64,000 bases of DNA from NCBI GenBank assembly GCA_963676565.1, contig OY781089.1:800001-864000 (forward strand), in the 5' to 3' direction. The notes below the pieces were generated by a model. It was not told the origin of the DNA. It did no database searches and saw nothing but the letters and a program-made list of their open reading frames with translations. Below are positions 11,718 to 19,353 of the stretch, piece after piece (positions within the stretch are counted from its first letter, which is position 1; each line of letters opens with the position of its first letter). Origin of the DNA: Halarcobacter sp. (GTDB lineage Bacteria; Campylobacterota; Campylobacteria; Campylobacterales; Arcobacteraceae). The position numbers and the translations under genes were made by a program.

Positions 11718-12665
11718 TTATTTTATTATCTCTTGAGCATACTCTTCTAGATTTGGTAAACTTTTAATAAGCCCATTATTTTTCATAAAAGTAGCCATAT
11801 CTTCATAAACTTTTTTATCAAAAGTAGCAGGGGTATTTGATAAATAAGGTAATGTATCGCTCCATGCCATACGATTTAATTCATTATCTAATTCTTTTGG
11901 TTTATAACTTACAAAAGCTTCCCAAGATTTTTTAGGATTTTCTTTTAGGTATTTTGTAGCTTCCTCTAAAGCTTTTACGAAGTTTTTATATTTTTGGCTA
12001 TCTGCATTCTCTTTGTTTGCTACAACTATTAGTTCATCATACTTTGGAACACCATATTTCTCAGGGAAAAATGCTTTTCCTCTCTCTTTTTCTATTTTTA
12101 ATTGATTTAATTCAAAGTTTCTAAAAGCACCAATTACAGCGTCAACTTGTTTACTCATAAGAGAAGGAGATAATGACCAGTTTACATTTACAAGTTCAAC
12201 ATCTTTTACTGATAAATTTACAGATTTTAACATAGAGTCTAATAATGCTGTTTCAAAACCACTTACAGAATATCCTATTTTTTTACCTTTTAAATCTTCT
12301 ATTTTTTCTATACCACTATTTTCTAAAACTACTAAACTATTTAGTGGAGAGTTTACAAGTGTAGCTATTCTAACTAAAGGTAGACCCTCCGCTACTTGCA
12401 TTTGAAGTTGTGGTTGATAATCAACTGCCAAATCAGCTTTTTTAGCTGCTACAAGTTTTGGTGGCATTGATGGATCAGCTGGTTCTATGACTTCTACTTC
12501 AAGATTATTCTTTTCAAAGAAACCTTTTTGTTGTGCTATTATGATAGCTGCATGATCTGGATTTACAAACCAGTCTAAAAGTAGACTCAATTTTTCAGTT
12601 TGTGCAAAAGCACTTGAACCTAATAGCATTAAGCTAAGCGTTATTTTTGATATTATTTTTTTCAT
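11718..12665 (-). CDS. thiY: NMT1/THI5-like ABC substrate-binding protein for HMP/formylaminopyrimidine
   Basis: Signal peptide, LLDWFVNPDHA, YQPQL, GAFRNFE and GVPKYDEL; thiamine-cluster context. Confidence 0.85.
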   Translation of the reverse strand: MKKIISKITLSLMLLGSSAFAQTEKLSLLLDWFVNPDHAAIIIAQQKGFFEKNNLEVEVIEPADPSMPPKLVAAKKADLAVDYQPQLQMQVAEGLPLVRIATLVNSPLNSLVVLENSGIEKIEDLKGKKIGYSVSGFETALLDSMLKSVNLSVKDVELVNVNWSLSPSLMSKQVDAVIGAFRNFELNQLKIEKERGKAFFPEKYGVPKYDELIVVANKENADSQKYKNFVKALEEATKYLKENPKKSWEAFVSYKPKELDNELNRMAWSDTLPYLSNTPATFDKKVYEDMATFMKNNGLIKSLPNLEEYAQEIIK

Positions 12666-12710
12666 AATTTCCCTTATTAAATTTTTTATGTTTTATATTT
12701 TTTTAATCTT

Positions 12711-13364
12711 TTATGATAGGTCTAAACCCATTTGCCAAAAAGATATTTCCATTCTAGTTGCTGTTGTAAAAATATCTTGTATCTTTTGCATTTGTTTTTC
12801 GCTAAAATCTTCACAAAGTCCTTCAAAAAACTCTGTTGCACTTTTAGCTGCATCTTGGTACTCTTTTGAAGAGTACATATCTATCCATGATTGATATGGA
12901 TTGTTTTCAACGCTTAAATTGTTTTGGGTAATATAATTAGCCACTTTAGCATAACCTAAAAAACAAGGTATTAAACCTGCGTAAAGTTCACTTAAATTTC
13001 CATTCATCCCACAATCAAGTACATATCTAGTGTAAGCAACACAAGCAGGGGATTCTTTTTGTTTATAAATAGACTTCTCATCTATTCCAAACTCTTTGCA
13101 ATAGTTTATATGTAATTGAATCTCATCTAATGTAGCATTTAAAGCTTGTTGTGAAAAATTCATTTGCTCAAAATTTTCACTTTTATACATTGCAAGGGCA
13201 AAAGCTCTACAATAATGAAAAAGATAAATATAATCTTGCATCAAATAGTGTTGAAAGTTTTGAAGCCCTAGTGTTCCATTTGCTAATTTTTGTACAAATT
13301 CATGTTTGATATAGTTATCCCAATGTGGTTGAGAATTTTGAATAAGCTTTTGTGTGATTGTCAT
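12711..13364 (-). CDS. tenA: Thiaminase II / aminopyrimidine aminohydrolase
   Basis: HEFV..LANGTL, FQHYLMQDYIYL, LIPCFLGY (catalytic Cys retained), NPYQSWIDMY and EISFW. Confidence 0.93.
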   Translation of the reverse strand: MTITQKLIQNSQPHWDNYIKHEFVQKLANGTLGLQNFQHYLMQDYIYLFHYCRAFALAMYKSENFEQMNFSQQALNATLDEIQLHINYCKEFGIDEKSIYKQKESPACVAYTRYVLDCGMNGNLSELYAGLIPCFLGYAKVANYITQNNLSVENNPYQSWIDMYSSKEYQDAAKSATEFFEGLCEDFSEKQMQKIQDIFTTATRMEISFWQMGLDLS

Positions 13365-13451
13365 ATCTCCCCTTTTGTTTTTAAATATATAGGAAGAGAA
13401 GTGTTTTATTATAAAGATATACTAAACTTGAAGTATAAAATACATTTGTAA

Positions 13452-13545
13452 AAACAAATCCCTACGTTAGAATTACCTAAATCAGGTTCAAAGGTCGAAG
13501 TTTTGAACTTCCTCTCAGCCTATAATATAAGCTCCCTATGTATTA
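13452..13545 (-). ncRNA. TPP riboswitch (THI box)
   Basis: Minus strand reads AUAGGGAGC...GGCUGAGAGGAAG...CUUCGACCUUUGAACCUGAUUUAGGUAAUUCUAACGUAGGGA, containing the GCUGAGA, GAACCUGAU and UAAU/CGUAGGGA hallmarks; directly upstream of tenA-thiY-thiM-thiE. Confidence 0.93.
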
Positions 13546-13553
13546 AAAATAAA

Positions 13554-13582
13554 ATTCTATCGGAATAAACAATTTAAGTCAA
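13554..13582 (-). promoter_or_regulatory. Sigma70-type promoter driving the TPP riboswitch leader
   Basis: Minus strand TTGACT (13582-13577), 17-nt spacer, TAGAAT (13559-13554), ending a few nt before the aptamer. Confidence 0.7.
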
Positions 13583-13593
13583 TTTAATACAGA

Positions 13594-14340
13594 TTAATGT
13601 AAGTGCGAAGCCCAAGGGATAAGTTTTTTTGTTAGAAAATCAGTTAAAAAATAAATACTTAAAGTAAGAATAATTAGTATAAATAGTGCTGAAAACATCA
13701 AATCAATTTGCATCCTAGCATTTGCATGAAGCATCAAATACCCAAGTCCTTTGGAAGAACCAACCCATTCACCAATAACAGCTCCAATAGGTGCAATACA
13801 AACAGCTATTTTAAGTCCTGAAGCCAAAGATGGCAAACTTGCTTTAAACCTTACTTTATATAAAATTTGAAAAGCAGATAGTTTATAGGTGTGTGCTAGT
13901 TGAAGCCACTGTTTTGGTGTATTTTTAAGTCCATCATAACAAGCTGTAGTTATTGGAAAATATATGATAATTACAGTCATAGCTATTTTAGAAGCTAAGC
14001 CATAACCAAACCATAAAACCAAAAGAGGTGCTATTGCAAATACCGGAATTGCTTGAGATATTACAAGTATAGGAAGTAAGTATTTCTCAAGTTTTTTAAA
14101 ATAAAGTAGGGCAAAAGCTGAACTTAGACCAAAAAAACAACCAAGAATTATACCTATGATTATCTCTAATAGAGTAACTTGTGTATGCTCCCAAAGTAAA
14201 TCATAATTATTCAAAAGTTTAGAAAATACATCAATTGGTTCAGGTAACATATAGTGAGGCAAATCAAAAACTATAATAATACTTTGCCATAAAAGGAATA
14301 AAAATATAATAGGAAGTAATACTTTAAAGATTTTTTTCAT
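13594..14340 (-). CDS. thiX: ABC transporter permease (SsuC/ThiX type)
   Basis: LPEP, SQAIPVFAIAPLLVLWFGYG, LPSLASGLK and GAVIGEWVGSSKGLGY; thiamine-cluster context. Confidence 0.8.
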   Translation of the reverse strand: MKKIFKVLLPIIFLFLLWQSIIIVFDLPHYMLPEPIDVFSKLLNNYDLLWEHTQVTLLEIIIGIILGCFFGLSSAFALLYFKKLEKYLLPILVISQAIPVFAIAPLLVLWFGYGLASKIAMTVIIIYFPITTACYDGLKNTPKQWLQLAHTYKLSAFQILYKVRFKASLPSLASGLKIAVCIAPIGAVIGEWVGSSKGLGYLMLHANARMQIDLMFSALFILIILTLSIYFLTDFLTKKLIPWASHLH

Positions 14341-15068
14341 AGATTATTTTCTTTTAATTTTGATATTAAATTTTCTTGTAAATCCCATAATTTATTATTT
14401 GATAGTTTATGGGGTAGAACACCATCTAGTGAAGCAACTTTATTTATTTTTACTGGCTGATTTTCTAAAATATAAATATGATTTGTTAGCTTTATAGCCT
14501 CTTGGGGGTCATGGGTTACAAGAACTACAGTTTTATTTTTTAGCAATTGGCAAGTTAAATCTTGAAGTTGTATTTTTGTAATTGCATCCAATGCTGAAAA
14601 AGGTTCATCCATTAAAATAAGATTAGCATCACTCATAAGTGTCCTAGCTAGTGCTACTCTTTGTTTTTGACCGCCAGAGAGTTCATAGGTTTTTTTATCA
14701 AGGTGTTTTGACATATTAACTTGCTCTAAAAGTTTTTTTGCTTTTTCTAAAGTTTGTTTTGTTTTTTTCCCTTTTAGATGATTATATAGCTGAACATTAT
14801 CCAAAATACTAAGCCAAGGGTACAATGAGTTTTCTTGACTAAGCCATGCTATATGTGTATCTTTTTTTAATATGATTTGGCCATTTGTGATATTTTCATT
14901 TTCAAGATTGGCAATACATCTAAGTAAGGTTGATTTTCCAACTCCTGAACTTCCAATTAAAGCACTGCTTGTATTTTCCAATATATCAAAGTTTAGATTT
15001 TCAAATAGTTTTTTACCTTTATAATCAAGGTCTAAGTTTTGTATTTTGGCAATAAAGTTATTATTCAT
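14337..15068 (-). CDS. thiZ: ABC transporter ATP-binding protein (ThiZ type)
   Basis: Walker A GSSGVGKST, LSGGQKQR, Walker B ILMDEPFSALD and VTHD; ATGA overlap with the permease gene. Confidence 0.8.
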   Translation of the reverse strand: MNNNFIAKIQNLDLDYKGKKLFENLNFDILENTSSALIGSSGVGKSTLLRCIANLENENITNGQIILKKDTHIAWLSQENSLYPWLSILDNVQLYNHLKGKKTKQTLEKAKKLLEQVNMSKHLDKKTYELSGGQKQRVALARTLMSDANLILMDEPFSALDAITKIQLQDLTCQLLKNKTVVLVTHDPQEAIKLTNHIYILENQPVKINKVASLDGVLPHKLSNNKLWDLQENLISKLKENNL

Positions 15069-15244
15069 GGTTTGAATAATATAATAAAAAAACTAAAAAC
15101 AAAGGATTTATGTAATTTATATATCTTAAGGATATTTTTAATCATTTTTATAAACTTCAACTTGTAAAAAGCATAATTAAGACTAAAATTATCCTATATT
15201 AAATATAATACGTAAATTTTGAAACTTTATAAGGAAAAATTATT

Positions 15245-16357
15245 ATGGCAAGTATCGCTGAAATAAAAAATGAATTAGGAAAAGTTTTATATCCGGGATT
15301 TCAAAAATCAATCGTTGAGTTTGGTTTTTTAAAGGATGTAGAGCTTGATGGAGATAAGTGCACTATACATTTAGATATAACTTCAAGTGCACCTGAAGTT
15401 GAAGAGGAATTAAAGAAAAGTATTTCAACAGTATTAGGTTCAATTGGAGTTTCAAATTTAGCATTTAATATTAAAAAGCCAGAAGCACCAAAACAACATA
15501 GCAACTCTCAAAGTGGACAAAATATTGCGCCACAGATTAAAAACTTTGTAATGGTTAGTTCAGGAAAAGGTGGAGTTGGTAAATCAACAACTACTGTAAA
15601 CTTAGCTGTTGCAGCAGCAATGCAAGGTAAAAAAGTTGGTATTTTAGATGCTGATATTTATGGACCAAATATTCCTAGAATGATGGGATTAATAGGTCAA
15701 GAAGTTGAAATTGTTGGAAATAAAGCTAAACCATTTTCAATCTATGGTGTTGATGTAATGTCTATGGGTTCACTTATGGAAGAGGGGCAATCTCTTATTT
15801 GGAGAGGTGCTATGATTATGAAAGCTATTCAACAATTATTAAGAGATATTTTATGGGAAGATTTAGATATTCTTTTCATTGATATGCCTCCAGGAACTGG
15901 TGATGCACAATTAACACTTGCTCAAAGTGTTCCTGTAACATGTGGTATTAATGTAACTACTCCTCAACATGTAGCACTTGATGATTCAAGAAGATCACTT
16001 GATATGTTTGCAAAACTTCATATTCCAATTGCTGGAATTGTTGAAAACATGAGTGGATTTATTTGTCCAAAATGTGGTGAAGAGTCTGATATCTTTGGGA
16101 TGGGAACATGTGATGATTTAGCTGATCAGTTTAATACACAAGTATTAGGAATGTTGCCAATTGAACCAGCTATTAGAGAGGGTGGAGATGCTGGAAAACC
16201 AGTTGTTTACTTCCAACCTGAATCTGAATCAGCAAAAAGATATATGCAAGCTACTGCTAAACTTGTAGCTTTTGTAGATGAAGTTAGTGAAAAAGCAGAG
16301 AATGCTTCAATTCAACCTACAACACCTCCAGGTGTATCTGCTTGTTCTTCTAAATAA
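15245..16357 (+). CDS. mrp: Mrp/ApbC/NBP35 Fe-S cluster carrier ATPase
   Basis: SGKGGVGKST, DADIYGP, WRGAM, DMPPGTGD and VENMSGFICPKC. Confidence 0.93.
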   Translation: MASIAEIKNELGKVLYPGFQKSIVEFGFLKDVELDGDKCTIHLDITSSAPEVEEELKKSISTVLGSIGVSNLAFNIKKPEAPKQHSNSQSGQNIAPQIKNFVMVSSGKGGVGKSTTTVNLAVAAAMQGKKVGILDADIYGPNIPRMMGLIGQEVEIVGNKAKPFSIYGVDVMSMGSLMEEGQSLIWRGAMIMKAIQQLLRDILWEDLDILFIDMPPGTGDAQLTLAQSVPVTCGINVTTPQHVALDDSRRSLDMFAKLHIPIAGIVENMSGFICPKCGEESDIFGMGTCDDLADQFNTQVLGMLPIEPAIREGGDAGKPVVYFQPESESAKRYMQATAKLVAFVDEVSEKAENASIQPTTPPGVSACSSK

Positions 16358-16386
16358 TAGATGCTAGGTTAGCATAACGATAATAA

Positions 16387-16424
16387 ATTTGTTAGAAAGG
16401 AGATTATTTTTCTTTCTAACAAAT
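16387..16424 (+). terminator. Hairpin after mrp; probable intrinsic terminator
   Basis: ATTTGTTAGAAAG (16387-16399) / CTTTCTAACAAAT (16412-16424), a perfect 13-bp stem. Confidence 0.6.
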
Positions 16425-16645
16425 AACTATAATTTTACTCAAAAAATAGAGCAAAATTAACTATCTAATTCATCTTTCAAATTGTAAAATAATACTAAAT
16501 AATCAAAAAAAAGCCTAAAAACAACATTATCTTTATAAAAACATCAAGAAAGTATCATTCTGAAATTCTAAAGATACTTTTTCAATACACTCTTTACCTA
16601 TAATTTTTTTATAACGAGAAAAGTAAAAAATAATAAGGGGATGTG

Positions 16646-18610
16646 ATGAAAATAAAAAAAGCGATTTTGTTGTCTACTGTTACAGCAATTGTTTTAGCAG
16701 GATGTAGTGTAAAACCACAAATTATTAAAAAAGATGTTATTCAAGAAGATGCAAAAGTTACATTGAATGCATTAAACAAAATTTTACAACCAGTAACTAA
16801 ACCTATAACTTTAGATGAAGCAATTCAAAGAGCAGTCGATCATAATTTAAATAGGAGAGTTGATATTTTAAATAGTGCTCTATCGGAGCAAAAAATAGAT
16901 GTAATTGCATATGAATCATTGCCAAGTTTAACAACAAAAGCTGGCTACTCACAAAGAGATAGTTATGCAGCATCTCAAAGTACAACTTATGATGCGCAAA
17001 CAGATACAACTGGAGCATTAAATAATTCATATTCAATTTCATCAAATAAAATTGATAAAACTGCAGGTATTTCATTTTCATGGAATATTTTAGATTTTGG
17101 ATTATCTTATGTTAGAGCTAATCAACAAGCAAATAGATACCTAATTTCAAAAGAGAAAGAAAAAAAGTCTATTCATAATATAAAACAAGAAGTTAGAAAT
17201 GCATACTACAAAGCAGTGAGTGCTGATGAGTTATTAAAAAGATTAGAGCCAATTTCACTTGAAGCAAAAAAAGCTTTTGAAGATTCTAAAAAAATCAATG
17301 CTTTAAAAATTGATTCACCAATTAAAACATTAACTTATCAAAGAGAGTTATTAGAGGTAATTAGATCATTAAATACTTTAGAAGAGAGTCTTATTAAATC
17401 TAAAACTGAATTGTCTCAATTAATGGGATTAAAACCTGGTACAAAGTTTGAACTTTCTGAAAAAATTAAAGAAAAATATCAACTTCCATCAGTAGATTTA
17501 TCTATTGATAAGTTAGAAACTCTTGCTTTAGAAAATAGACCAGAATTACAAGAAACTAGATATCAAATTAAAATTTCACAAGATGAGATTCGAACAAATA
17601 TGCTAAAAATGCTTCCAGGGTTAACATTCAATGTAGGATATGACTATAGTAATAGTGATTATTTAGCAAATAACCAATGGTTAAGTTATGGTGGTGTTGT
17701 TTCATGGAATCTTTTAAATGTGTTTAATGCTCCTTTACATAATAAATTAGCAAAAACACAAATTGAATTGGCAAAACAACAAAAACTTGCTTTATCAATG
17801 GCTGTTGTATCTCAAGTTCATCTATCTTTATTAGACTTAGCTCAAGCAAAGAAAGAATATAAGTTGTCAGAAACATATCACGGAGTTGCAAAAGAGATTT
17901 ATGACATAATCAAAAATGAAAATGCTTTAGATGTAAATGGACAATTGTCTTTGATAAAAGAAAAACTAAATTTCTTAATTTCAAATTTAAGATTATCATC
18001 ATCTTTCGCAAAAGTACAAAATGCATATGGAAAAGTTATATCTTCAGTTGGAAATGAAAAAGTATTTAAGAAAAAAGAGGCTCTAGAAAAGAAAGTTGAA
18101 AATGAACCTTTATTAAAAATTATTGAACCAAAAGAGGAAGTAAAAGAGACACAAGTTAACAAAGATGAAATTAAAACTGAAAATAGCTTTGATCCTTCAA
18201 AACCAGCAATCGAAATTATAAGAACTGCAAAATTAGTAGATAAAGCTGGAGGAGATTATACGATTATAAAAACAATTGAAGTGGGAACAAAATTAAATTA
18301 TACAGATAAAACATACACTCATAATGGAGACTACTGGTATGAGATTGAAAATGGAGGATTTATTTATATTGGTAAAGCTATAGAGATAAATGAGAAAAAA
18401 CCATTTGATGAAAGTCTTGATTCTATTGAGATTGTTAGTGAGGCAAAATTAGTTAATATGGCAGGTGGAAATTACCATGTTATTGAAACAATTCCAGTAG
18501 GGGAAAAGTTTAACTATATTACTAAAGTTACAAATGATGGTGAAAATTATTGGTATGAACTTACAAATGGTGGATTTATCCACGAATACAGAGCAAATAA
18601 AATCAACTAG
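16646..18610 (+). CDS. TolC-family outer-membrane channel lipoprotein with two C-terminal SH3b-like repeats
   Basis: Lipobox VLAG|C and OEP repeats (ITLDEAIQRAVDHNL, SWNILDFGLSY, ALENRPEL, SWNLLN). Two ~72-aa repeats start at 18188 and 18404. ATG at 16646 is preferred over GTG at 16643. Confidence 0.9.
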   Translation: MKIKKAILLSTVTAIVLAGCSVKPQIIKKDVIQEDAKVTLNALNKILQPVTKPITLDEAIQRAVDHNLNRRVDILNSALSEQKIDVIAYESLPSLTTKAGYSQRDSYAASQSTTYDAQTDTTGALNNSYSISSNKIDKTAGISFSWNILDFGLSYVRANQQANRYLISKEKEKKSIHNIKQEVRNAYYKAVSADELLKRLEPISLEAKKAFEDSKKINALKIDSPIKTLTYQRELLEVIRSLNTLEESLIKSKTELSQLMGLKPGTKFELSEKIKEKYQLPSVDLSIDKLETLALENRPELQETRYQIKISQDEIRTNMLKMLPGLTFNVGYDYSNSDYLANNQWLSYGGVVSWNLLNVFNAPLHNKLAKTQIELAKQQKLALSMAVVSQVHLSLLDLAQAKKEYKLSETYHGVAKEIYDIIKNENALDVNGQLSLIKEKLNFLISNLRLSSSFAKVQNAYGKVISSVGNEKVFKKKEALEKKVENEPLLKIIEPKEEVKETQVNKDEIKTENSFDPSKPAIEIIRTAKLVDKAGGDYTIIKTIEVGTKLNYTDKTYTHNGDYWYEIENGGFIYIGKAIEINEKKPFDESLDSIEIVSEAKLVNMAGGNYHVIETIPVGEKFNYITKVTNDGENYWYELTNGGFIHEYRANKIN

Positions 18611-18618
18611 GCAAAACA

Positions 18619-19344
18619 ATGTTAAAAATATTTTTATCATTGACATTTTTGTCATTAAGTATTTTTGCTAATGAAACGCCACAAGCTAGAGCAGTAATAG
18701 AATCTACTGATAGAACTGTACTTTCAAGTGAAATTGGAGGGAAGATTTTATATTTAGAAAAAAATACTGGTGATAGTTTTAAAAAAGGTGAAACATTAGT
18801 AAATATAGAGTGTGATGTATATAAAGCTGAGAGAGATAAAATCGGTGTAAAAGTAGCACTTGCTAGAACTAAATTGAAAAAGAATAAACAGTTAAGTCAG
18901 TATAACTCAGTAGGAAAATTTGATGTCGAAAACTCAGAATTAGAATTAAGAGAACAACAATTATCTTATAAAATTGCATCAATAAATGTAAAAAGATGCA
19001 ATGTTAAGGCTCCTTTTACAGGGAAAATTGTCACTAGGCTTGCAAATAAATATCAAACTATAAAACCTCAAGAAGAACTATTTGAAATAATTAATAGTGA
19101 TTCTTTAGAAATTAAAACAGTTGTTCCTGCAACTTGGCTAAAGTGGCTTGCAGTAGGTCAAAAAATTGTCTTAAAAGTTGATGAAATAGGAAAAGAGATT
19201 AAAAGTGAAATACTACAAATTGATTCTGTAGTAGATCCAAAAAGTCAGACAGTTACATTAAGAGCAAAAGTAACTGATTCAAAAGATATTATAGCTGGAA
19301 TGAGTGGAACTGTATTTTTCATTCCATCTTCACAGAATAAATAG
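18619..19344 (+). CDS. Short periplasmic adaptor (HlyD/RND membrane-fusion protein family)
   Basis: Signal peptide, lipoyl half-motifs LSSEIGGKI...GDSFKKGETLV and VKAPFTGKI, and IDSVVDPKSQT...AGMSG. Confidence 0.88.
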   Translation: MLKIFLSLTFLSLSIFANETPQARAVIESTDRTVLSSEIGGKILYLEKNTGDSFKKGETLVNIECDVYKAERDKIGVKVALARTKLKKNKQLSQYNSVGKFDVENSELELREQQLSYKIASINVKRCNVKAPFTGKIVTRLANKYQTIKPQEELFEIINSDSLEIKTVVPATWLKWLAVGQKIVLKVDEIGKEIKSEILQIDSVVDPKSQTVTLRAKVTDSKDIIAGMSGTVFFIPSSQNK

Positions 19345-19353
19345 GGATAAAGT

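Noticed and set aside
14337..15068. This ABC ATPase as the missing motor of the export locus
   Set aside because: It has no transmembrane or peptidase domain, is coupled to an importer permease in the thiamine cluster, and is on the opposite strand beyond mrp.
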